A program made the position numbers and the translations under genes. The notes beneath the pieces were generated by a model, which saw nothing but the letters and a program-made list of their open reading frames with translations, ran no database searches and was not told where the DNA came from. DNA of 64,000 bases from Gracilinanus agilis (lineage: Eukaryota), in assembly GCF_016433145.1 (NCBI RefSeq), contig NC_058130.1:689082349-689146348 (forward strand), read 5' to 3'. Positions within the stretch are counted from its first letter, which is position 1. Each line of letters starts with the position of its first letter. Shown piece by piece: positions 13,179-22,560 of the stretch.

Positions 13179-13446
13179 TGGATCTTTCTCTTTTGCCCAG
13201 CACTGCTACTCATTAGCTTGACCCCACCTGTAAGTGCCAATGGAGTAAGGAGGTTTATCCCATCTCTTTTGGAGCCAGATTTACCCTTCCTTAGGCAACA
13301 TTACGCCTCCTATCTCTCACAGGTTCACCTTACAGGTTCCATACATAGTGTGGACACTTAATTGTCTTTAATTCTTCTATTGTTTGTACCTCTCAAGCTC
13401 AAACAATCCACAAACCTCTGTCCCCCCAGTAGTAGGGATTGCATGC
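13179..13446 (-). pseudogene. 7SL (SRP RNA)-derived retroposon, P7SL-type, near full length including S domain
   Basis: Collinear matches to reverse-complement 7SL: ttgcccag (3' Alu domain), ttacccttccttaggcaac (cf. ttcacccctccttaggcaacc), catagtgtggacac (cf. cttagtgcggacac), ctcaaacaatccacaaacctc...cagtagtagggatt (5' Alu domain). Confidence 0.75.
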
Positions 13447-14204
13447 AATTTCTCTTAATAAAGCCCAAACTCAGTGCTTTGAACACAGTAGGTGGTCAAT
13501 AGTTGTTGTTAACTGTGGTAAAGCTCTGGGGGATGTTACAGAAATGAATGGATGTCTTCCTTTGTTCTCTTTACTATCAGGAAGATTCTATGGAAGTTCA
13601 GGAGGGAAGGATGCAGCATATTGGTGGAAATGCCAGACACAAGCAACTCTGTTTACATAGAATTGAAAAAAGAGTATCTGAAGAGTGTGATATATAAGGC
13701 AGACAGCAGCTCCCTTGTTCTCTTGCTGTCTTCATGCTCCTGTTGACCAAACTGAATGTGTGAAGGGATTTAATGTGATGAATAATATATAGGCTTCTCT
13801 CAGTGCCTCCTAACAAGCCTGTACTCGTTGATCAAACTGCTCCCTATTTGTCCACTGTGGCAAAGAGAGGATTTTGCAAAGAGAGCTCCTGGTACTTCAG
13901 CAGCCAAGTTTCAAATTAAATCACAGTGTGTGGTTCAAAGACCAACAGGAAAACTTGTCAGCGGTAATACATACATACATACACAGAAACTTTCCCAAAG
14001 CTGTCCTCAGAGGGATAGGAAAATCTAACCATAAGTGGCAACAAAATGTACATGGGAAGAAAAACTGAATTAAATGTCATACTAAGGCTTTTTAAATGAG
14101 GAAACATTTTCTAGGAGTGATCATTCTGGTGACAGGCAGGGTCTAGAGTTGCACCTCTTCCTGTATTCCATTCATCCATTTTGTAGAAGCCTTTCCAGAC
14201 TATG

Positions 14205-14450
14205 CAATTCATAGAATCTGAGAATTGCTGGACCTCAATGGTCTTCCTCTACAACCCAAACATGAAAAGCAATTCCCTCTACAACACAGATGACAAGTGG
14301 TCATGTAGCCTTTGCTTAGAAAAAGTGAGAGGACTCCCCTTCCTAACCTGTTTTTTATACTTAGAACAACTAATTATTGGGAAGATTTTCCTTTTTTTCA
14401 GGGCTAAATTTGCCTCAATGCAAGATCCACCCATTTGTTTTTATTCTGCC
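14205..14450 (-). mobile_element. L3/CR1 3' end fragment
   Basis: Antisense CR1 tail motifs (gacaagtggtcatgtagcctttgc, ctaattattgggaagattttcc). Confidence 0.6.
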
Positions 14451-15334
14451 TTCCACATGAGACATTCACATCTCCTGTGACACCTCAGTAATTGGCAACA
14501 ACTTACCTATCTATCTCATGAGAGTGGCAAACCAGACTGTAAACCTGAGACTCTACCACTTTCTGTTAAGCATCAGATCCTCTTCTCCATCACTACATGA
14601 TCCTGTTATATGTGTAGCCCAGACAACATTCACAGAAGGACCAAAGGAGTGACTCCTGTAGTGCCAGAAATTGGCATGGCCTGGGTATCAGAGGAAGAGT
14701 CTGCCTTTTTCCTACAATATTAACAACATCCTTCCTCCTCCTAAAACAGCCTAAAGATCACAGTCCACGAAGGGCTGGAGCTCTGTGTATTTTATTGGAT
14801 CCTTGTTTTATAGGTGACAATGGTGCTCGTATACCTTTTTCTCCCCTTTCATCTTCCAAGTTTCTCTAAATTTAAGTCCCCTCCCATGTGTGAAGTAGCA
14901 TTATTGTTTAATTTGCCTCTTCTACAGAAAACTCTTAGTTCCCATGAACAGGTGCAAGTCAAAAGGACAGGTGGATTTTTTTTAATGGAGATTATGAAGT
15001 CCTAATTTTTCAATATACTCTAAATGTAAAACATTAAATGGAAAAATGAGAGGGGTTCAGAATATCTGGTTAAAAGTACAAGCCAATTCCTACTCAAATT
15101 GTGTAACGCTGAGCAAATCATATTCACTGTGTCAAAGAACATGTAACCTCTGACGATCCTCTATTCTAATCACCACCTCCTTCTGCAAAGGAGGAAATGA
15201 AGTCCTCAAGAGAGAAATATATTTGCCCGTGACAAGAGCAGAATCAAGATTAGTTCTTGGGTCTTCTGTCGTCTATTAGTTTGGTCTTTTAACTGCTTAA
15301 ATATATGATAGCAATACCCAAGGCAATCACATTC

Positions 15335-15525
15335 TTTTTTTTTTTTTCTTTTTAGATCCTTGACTTAAGTATTGGTTCCAAAGTAGAAAAGCCATAAGGG
15401 TTAGGCAATTAGGGTTAAATGAATTGCATAGGGACATAAAACAAGGAAATGACTGAAATCAAATTTGAACCCCAAACCTCTAATCTCTAGATGATTGTCA
15501 ATCCACTGAGCCAACTAGTTGTCCC
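15335..15525 (-). mobile_element. Older SINE1/SINE2-type marsupial SINE
   Basis: Poly-T tail, aagtattggttccaaag, aatttgaaccccaaacctc...caatccactgagccaactagttgtccc. Confidence 0.75.
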
Positions 15526-15792
15526 TAGGAGATTACTCTAATGTTTAATACAGGAATGCAGTTTGAGTGAAACCTCTTAAAGGTCATTTTGTTTTCTGTA
15601 AAATGAGGGGACTGGACGAGATGACTTCTAAATCCTTTTGCAAGACTAGCTCTATGATCTATAACTACTAATATAATTGTCTTCAGCATCTGGGACACAC
15701 TAGGTTCATGCCTTGATCTAGGGAAAATAAAATAAAAATCACTTTGACGTTATGCCCACAAGTATTTATTGAGTACCTACTATACTCTAGGC

Positions 15793-15989
15793 CAGGGGTC
15801 GGCAATGTATGGCTCTCTAGCCATATCTAGCTCCACCTCCGGACCTGCCAGTCCGGGCAGAGCCCCAGGATGTGCCCCAGGGGGGCCTTCAGCCCCTAGT
15901 CCCATATTCCAGCACCTTCTGCCTCCATCCTCCTCCTTCCGCACCCGTTTATGGCTCTCATGGCCAAAAAGGTTGCCTATGGATCGCTG
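15793..15989. mobile_element. hAT (Charlie-type) MITE nested in an L2 tail
   Basis: Left TIR CAGGGGTCGGCAA; right end aaaaggttgcc...ctg; subterminal tatggctctc at both ends. Perfect 8-bp TSD ctctaggc (15785-15792, 15990-15997) interrupts L2 ...gagtacctactatactctaggc|actgtagggg. Confidence 0.9.
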
Positions 15990-16389
15990 CTCTAGGCACT
16001 GTAGGGGGAGAGCATAGAAAAAGGTCAGTGATTACAGAGAATTTAGAACCTTCTGGGGCATCAGGGCATGCACACACTAAACCATTGGAGAATCATACAA
16101 AATAATATAATTTAATATCTTTTTAATATGTATTATTCCTTAAAAATGTGTATTCCCTGATTTATAATCCTACCTTATTTCTGAGGTCATTGGATAATAG
16201 ACTTATACCTGGAAGGAAATTCAGAGGACTTCTAGCCTAATCTCCTCATTATAAAGATGAAGAATTGAGGTCCTGGGAAATTTAAGTGACTTACAGATGA
16301 ACTCATGGATAGTGAGTGACAGAGATGGGGCTGTGGACAAAAATATCATCTAATATCCAACATTGGGACAATGAATCTTGTTTATATTT

Positions 16390-16620
16390 GATGATGACGA
16401 TGATAGTTGACAATGTTTGTTAGCTTTTATATAGGTTTGCAAAGAACTTGACAATTTATTTATTCCTCACAACAATACTGGGAGGTAGGTGTTATTATAA
16501 CCACCATTTTACAGATGAAGAAGACAGATTATTTAATGACTTATCTGGGCTCTGGGGCCAGATTAAAATCAAGTCATCCTAACTTCAGGTCCACTTCTCT
16601 ACTCACTCTATGTCACCTAA
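16390..16620 (-). mobile_element. MIR SINE
   Basis: ctcacaacaatactgggaggtaggtgttattat...cattttacagatgaagaagacaga, typical antisense MIR. Confidence 0.7.
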
Positions 16621-17603
16621 TTGCCTATAAAATGTCTTTCTTTGATCATTCTGGTCTTGAGACCAGAGTCTGTCCTAAGCTCGACATCTCAATGGGAACA
16701 GAATTATCTTCTGATAACATCACCATGAAGAATCTAGGGTTACTGCTTTGTCTCTATGGGTCATAAGAGTAGGAGCTAAGTGAATTATGAAATGATGATT
16801 ATGTGACAATGTCCCCTTATATTTCACAGAACATTTTCATGTACTTTCTCATTGGATCTTGCCCAAAATAAGTAAAGTGGTTTTTAATCCTTTCTTTTTT
16901 TTTTATTATTACTTTAAAGGAATGGGTATTTAGAGACCAAATTCAAATTTCCTCACCTTCCCCTTTCTCCTCCTGCTAAATTCAACATCCTCAGCACTTT
17001 TAATTGCCCTATAGAATTTAAGAGCTAATCTGTGAGAATCTTTTCAACCTGCAAATTTTCAAGAAAGATGTTCACAGAAGAGAGAAAAATTTCCTCTTAT
17101 ATCAGCATTTAATAAAGATCCCCAAACTGACAATAACATTATCTGAGATATGCTACCATTAGGGTTTCTGTTCTATATAGAGTGGAAGACACTTGTGATG
17201 CCCTCAGTTCCAGATCCAGTTCCCATGGCCCATTACATCATTTTGCTCAACAGCACTCCCTTCCATAGGCTGCTGGGCAGGAAATAGACTCCTAGGTAAT
17301 TGTTCACATTAAAACAGGATGCCCAGATGCCTTGTGGAAAGGAGATTTTAAATTAGATTTTTATTCCATTAGGAGATTGTTTTTCTTTTTCCCCACTCCT
17401 TCATTTCAGTTTTTTTTTTTAATAAAAAGTTTTTTATTTTGAAAATAACTTGAGAAAAATACATTGAGCTAAAAATCTAATGTCACAATGAATTTGTACC
17501 TGGAAGAAACTGGGGCACCTTGGTCACAGAATTTTCAATTGACTCTTACTCAAATCTAAACAGAAGAGATTCGGTTTCTCTTCTCCCCAGTGAAACATCT
17601 ATG

Positions 17604-17798
17604 CAATGATTCCCAAAGTGGGTGCTACCGTCCCCTAGTGGGTGCTGCAGCAATCCATAGAGGTGGTGATGGCCACAGATGAATTTATCTTTCCTATTAA
17701 TTGCTATTAAAATTAAAAAAAAATTTAATTCCCCGGGGGGATAAGTAATATTTTTTCTGGAAAGGGGACGGTAGGCCAAAAAAGTTTGGGAACCACTG
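17604..17798. mobile_element. hAT (Charlie-type) MITE, about 195 bp
   Basis: TIRs caatgattcccaaag / tttgggaaccactg; degenerate atcta(t/g)-type flanks; same family as 30053-30242. Confidence 0.88.
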
Positions 17799-18019
17799 AT
17801 CTAGAGCCAGAAGGAGTCCCAGAAATGAAAGACTTTTCAAAGATCATGCAAATATTATGTAGTAGAACTAAGATGCAAACCTAGGTCTTCACCCTCTAAA
17901 TTTACCTCTCTTTTTTAGCAACTGCTCCTGCCTGTCCATGGACCCTTCTGCCTACTCTGTCTTTTCCCTTCTCTCTGTCATCTTTCATATATCGAATAAT
18001 AGAATCTTAGGGATGGAAA

Positions 18020-18225
18020 CAGTGGCATATTGGTGAATACTTAACAACTAACTCTCCCGAAAAGAGAAAAAAAGCGCTTATAGATAACTTTTTTGGTTTA
18101 ATCTGTATTGTTATATTTTCTCTATTGCCTTCTTAAGTCTAGAAAATGAACAAAATAAGTTGATCCCTATTTGGTAATTTTGTCAATTTCTGAGGCATAA
18201 ATGTTCACACTGAAAATTCATCAAT
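18020..18225. mobile_element. Zaphod-like hAT-Tip100 non-autonomous fragment, one end missing
   Basis: Begins cagtggcatattggtgaatacttaacaactaactctcc and contains tttaatctgtatt...ttcttaagtctaga, resembling recalled Zaphod-type sequence; no second TIR found. Confidence 0.6.
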
Positions 18226-18257
18226 GTAATTTACTAAAGGTTGTAAAGCAAGATTGT

Positions 18258-18860
18258 GTAACGTCCAGTTCAGAGGTCACGGAAAAAGTCAATGGACAAA
18301 AAGCAGTACAAGATAGCCCAGTTAGCCTTCTTTCATGATGAGATAACTAATGACCAGGAAAAACTATTGGAACAGAGTCAACAATTTAATGATATCATGA
18401 AAAGTGGCTAGAATAAACTTAATTGCTTCTTGCAGCAAGACCTGAAACTAGATATCCCAACAGGTAAAACCCTGCAAAGGAAAATATATTCATAACCATC
18501 CACATTGCTGAGAAGTGAACCTCAGAGCTCTTTAATTGGCTAAGACTGAAACTTCCTGAGCTATTAACCAGCAATTAATAAATCAGTAATTAATAAAGCA
18601 GAAGACCCTAGTAAGGACTTAGATAAAGTTCTGGAGCTTGTTGATGAAAATAAAAGGGAAGAACCAACAGCGGACACAAGTGTGTATGATTCTGTACATG
18701 GTGGAGTCTCTTTTTTCCAGCATAAAAAGTCCTCTAGAAAGGATAAAGAAAACAGCTATAAACATTGTGGAAAAGTCAAAAGCGGAAGAGCTTCTGGAAC
18801 ATTCTGTGGTTAAGAGTAAACTACCTTTAAGAGCCCAAATAAATAATTCACTTTAAAAGA
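18258..18860 (+). pseudogene. KIF11: Processed, 5'-truncated pseudogene fragment of kinesin-5 KIF11/Eg5 (C-terminal stalk and tail with BimC box)
   Basis: Manual translation across frameshifts: [97 protein letters not shown]/...GGVSFFQHKKSSRKDKEN/AINIVEKSKAEELLEHSVVKSKLPLRAQIN. This parallels the recalled human KIF11 tail ([36 protein letters not shown]...GGVPFFQHKKSHGKDKEN...KSRLPLRAQINL). No introns; stops at 18409 and 18493. Confidence 0.9.
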
Positions 18861-20019
18861 AAAATTCTCTCTTTTGTAACTCCTGGCCTCATTGTCATTT
18901 TGGAATTAGACCAGTTAGGTTTGGGCTTACTAATTTGAATTTCAAATGAGTGATTCAGGATTTGCATTAAATAAAAATGCATTTTTACCTTTTGTATATG
19001 GCAGCCCAACAAATGAAAAAAGTCAAAGCAAATTTATGAATGAGCTCCCTTAACCAGTAAGTATTATCTGGCTCCAGTTTACTCCTGTGTTGGAAAAGAC
19101 ATCAGTGACCATCTAGACTGATTATAACCAGAAAGAATTCTTATTTTAAGAAAAGGGGTGGAGATGAGGAATGAAAGAGGTGTCTTAGTCATAGGGAATT
19201 CTTCCTAACTGAAGCAACCCCCCAATCCCCAACCCTTGGCAGGTGAAATTTTCTTATTAACTGAAACACAGGTGGTGCTTTCCATCCTTAACATGATTCA
19301 GCCATTAAACTCTTCTGCCTGCATGAATACTTTCTTCCAATGGCTTCCATCATCAGTGCTTTCTCAGGTGACTAGAATAGAACCCATTGGCCTGCTGAAC
19401 TTATTACAACCCTTTGCCTAATGATTTCATAATGACTTCCAGGCTGAGCCAAGCTAGCTGACAGATAATGATGCTAATTATGCAAAACCAAGGTGAAAGC
19501 TCCTAGCCTCCAGCAGTGTGGTGGCTCATTTTCCTCCAGGGTAGGGGTAGAGGTGGGATTGGGAGAAAAGTGTTTCTGTTTACATAGTTTACATTGTTAA
19601 CTCAATTGTGTTTTAAGTGTAGCTAGGGATGAAAATGTAGGAAAGGAATAAATAATCCAAATGAGATAAGGCAGTGTGAAGTTCTGAAAAGATTGCTGGA
19701 GGAGGAGCCACAAGATTTGGCTGTATCTTGTGTGGAGTATCACCCTCCTCCCAATGCCTTCCTTTGTAGAGGCAGAAACTAGACTTTTGCTCACTCCACT
19801 CTGCAATTGCTGCCCTGCCAGGTTTCAACTACAAGATGCTCTTGTTCCCCTTTCCTTTACCTTCTTCTTTTATGTGTCTCCCCCATTACATTGTGAGTTC
19901 CTTGAGGGCAGGGACTATCTTTCATTTTATTAAGTATATCTCCAGTACTTAGTATAGCGCCTAGAAGGTGATCCTTTAATCAATATTTCTTGAATTAGAT
20001 TGGATCACATAAGGACCTA

Positions 20020-20210
20020 GAAGCAGCTAGATGGCACAGAGCATAGAGCATAGGGCCTGGAATTAGGGAGACATGAGTTCAAATCCAACCTCAGATACCT
20101 CCAGCTATGTGACTCTGCTGATTACTTAACCTTTCTCTGCTTCAGTTTTCTCAAATGTAAAATGAGGACAATAAAAGCATGTAGTTCCCAACATAGTTGT
20201 GAGGATCAGC
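20020..20210 (+). mobile_element. MIR/CORE-SINE
   Basis: gcagctagatggcacagagcatagagc...gagttcaaatccaacctcagatac...cagttttctcaaatgtaaaatgagg. Confidence 0.8.
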
Positions 20211-20519
20211 TTCCTTCCTATTAGGTTTTTAACATGAGGAATTAATAGAATGCATAGTCAAACAAAACCAATCCTACAATCTTAGGATTTCTTAAGAAAA
20301 ATGAAAATATGCTGGCCTCAATCATATGATTTTTAGATTTAGATCTGGAAGGGACTTTAGGACTCATCTGGTTCATCACCATTATTTTACTTATGAAGAG
20401 ACTGAATCTTAGACATATTAAATGATTTGTCTACATAATTTATCACAAATATATTAGATGATAGAATTGGAACTTCAACCTCCATCCTAGGTCTTAGCTC
20501 TTTTCATCTACCTTTTAAT

Positions 20520-21680
20520 AGATATTTCAGATTGGATGTCCTATCTCAAACTCAGTATATCTAATACAGAACTCATGATTTCCTCCCCCGCAAACTCATG
20601 CCTCTTCCAAAGTTCCTTATTTTGTCATGGGAATAATTATGCTTTTAGACACCTAGTACCCAATTCAGGAATCATTCTCATTGTCATTATCTCATATAGA
20701 AAATCAGTTGCCAAAATCTGTCTTATTTAATTTTATATCTATCACCTCCTTCAGTCCTATTCATAAGACCACCTCACTAGTACTAACCCTCATCAAAAAA
20801 TCCTTGTATTAATTCTGTTTCTTGTCTTTTTCCATCTCACACTCACCATCTACATATCTACTAAAGTTGGCCCCAAAGTCCAAACTATTCTATGTCATTA
20901 CTACACTCAACAAACTCTTAATGAGTCCCTGTTGTCTCTATGATTAAATAAAATCCCTCTGACCCTTAAAGAATTTTATCATCTTGCCTCAATCTATGTT
21001 TGTACACATATACTTCCTTTTGGTACTCCATTTCCCCTCTAAGTGCCTTTCAACAGACTATCTGTCTCTTAGGCCTGAAATATACTTGTCTCTCACCTCA
21101 TTGAATCCCTCATTGCCTTCCAAACTCTGCTCCAGCACCATCTTTTACATAAAGTCTTTCTTTGTCTGCATAAATGTCAGTGTCTCTCCTTTCCACCTCA
21201 CAAAAATAAAACAAACTAAAAAACAAAATTTGCATTTATTTAATATAGTTTATTAGTGAAAATATTTTCTCTGCAAATAGAATGTAAGCTCATTGATGTC
21301 AGGGTATTATAAATATCATATTTGTTTCATTTTTTCCTTGGTATTTCTACTATCTAGCACTATATTGAGTATATTATGCTTGTTCTTTCATTTCAGTCAT
21401 GTCTGGCGTTTTATGACCCTATGTGGGGTTTTCTTGGCAAAGATACTGGATTGGTTTACCATTTCCTTCTCCAGCTCATTTTACAGATGGGAAAACTGAG
21501 ACAAATAGAGTTAAGTGACTTGCCCAAGGTCACATAGCTAGTAAATGTCTGAAGCCAGATTAGAACTCACAAAACTGATTTTTCCTGATTGCAGGTCTGA
21601 TACTCAATCCACTGTGCCACGAGTTGCCCCATATTTCACACAATAGGCATTGATTAAATGTTTGTGGATTTATTAACTAA
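20520..21680 (+). mobile_element. L2 LINE 3' portion, interrupted by a Mar1 SINE
   Basis: ttggatgtcc...ctcaaactcagtatatctaatacagaactcatg encodes the WMS..LKL...TEL RT-thumb motif of L2; L2 tail resumes after 21630. Confidence 0.75.
21378..21630 (-). mobile_element. Mar1-type CORE-SINE
   Basis: RTE-type tail (ttttcttggcaaagatactgga...catttccttctccagctcattttacagat), CORE and tRNA head (caatccactgtgccacgagttgcccc) in reverse. Confidence 0.88.
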
Positions 21681-21701
21681 TTGTACCACACTGTTACAGT
21701 T

Positions 21702-21936
21702 ATTGTTGTTCAGTCATGTCTGACTCTTCTTGACCCCATAGACCATTGCCGACCAAAGTTGTCCATGGTATTTTCTTGAGAAAGACTGGAATTTTTGTGG
21801 TCTGTTATTTTCTTATTCAGTGAATTGAGGCAAGCAGAGGTTAATTTAACAGCTAGAAAGTGTCTGAGGTCAGATTTGAACTCAGGTCTTCCTGACTCCA
21901 GACCCAGTGCTTTATCCACTGAGTCACCTAACTGCC
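21702..21936 (-). mobile_element. Mar3-type CORE-SINE
   Basis: gttgttgttcagtcatgtctgactc...gaccccatagacc tail; head gatttgaactcaggtcttcctgactccag...ccactgagtcacctaactgcc. Confidence 0.8.
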
Positions 21937-22334
21937 ATGCTATGGGGTTTCAATTCTATTCAATTCCATCTCTGCTTCCTACTGTATGTGAGACATCAGA
22001 TAAGCTATTTCATGTTACAGTGCCTCAATTTTCTTCTCCTCTAAGATTATCTGAAGATTTCTTCATCTCTAAATCTCTGATCCTATTATCTTTTAGAATC
22101 TCTAGTAGTCTTTAAAACTCACTTGCAATATCCCCTCTTGAGGTCTCCTTTAACCTTTCATGATGATTCCAACTACTAGCGTGCCCCATGTGCTCCCCTC
22201 AAAATTACTTTGCATATTTCTATGTGGCTTGTTTATATTTATACATATTCATGTCGTCTGCCTCCAATAAAGAAGTAAGGTCCATAAGGGACCTATTTCC
22301 ATTTTTTCTCTGTATTGTGTAGCATCAGGCCAAT

Positions 22335-22560
22335 GAGGTGGCACAGTGGATAGAGGGCCAGGCCTAGAGTCAGGAAGACTCATCTTTGTGAGACTTAACT
22401 AGCTGTGTGACGCTGGGAAAGTCATTTAACTCTGCCTCCGTTTCCTCATCTATAAAATGATCTGTGGAACAAAAGAGCAAACCACTCCAGTATCCTTGCC
22501 AACCAACCCCCAAATGGGGTCACCAAGAATCAGACAAGGCTGAAACAAATAAAAAACAAC
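22335..22560 (+). mobile_element. Mar1-type CORE-SINE inserted in an L2 tail
   Basis: aggtggcacagtggatagagggccaggcctagagtcaggaagactc...aaaccactccagtatccttgcc...ccccaaatggggtcac...aaacaac. Confidence 0.88.

Noticed and set aside
18711-18856. Acceptor-like ttttttccag followed by an apparent terminal exon
   Set aside because: Upstream sequence is contiguous KIF11 coding sequence (GGVSFFQ), so this is inside the retrocopy rather than a real intron end.
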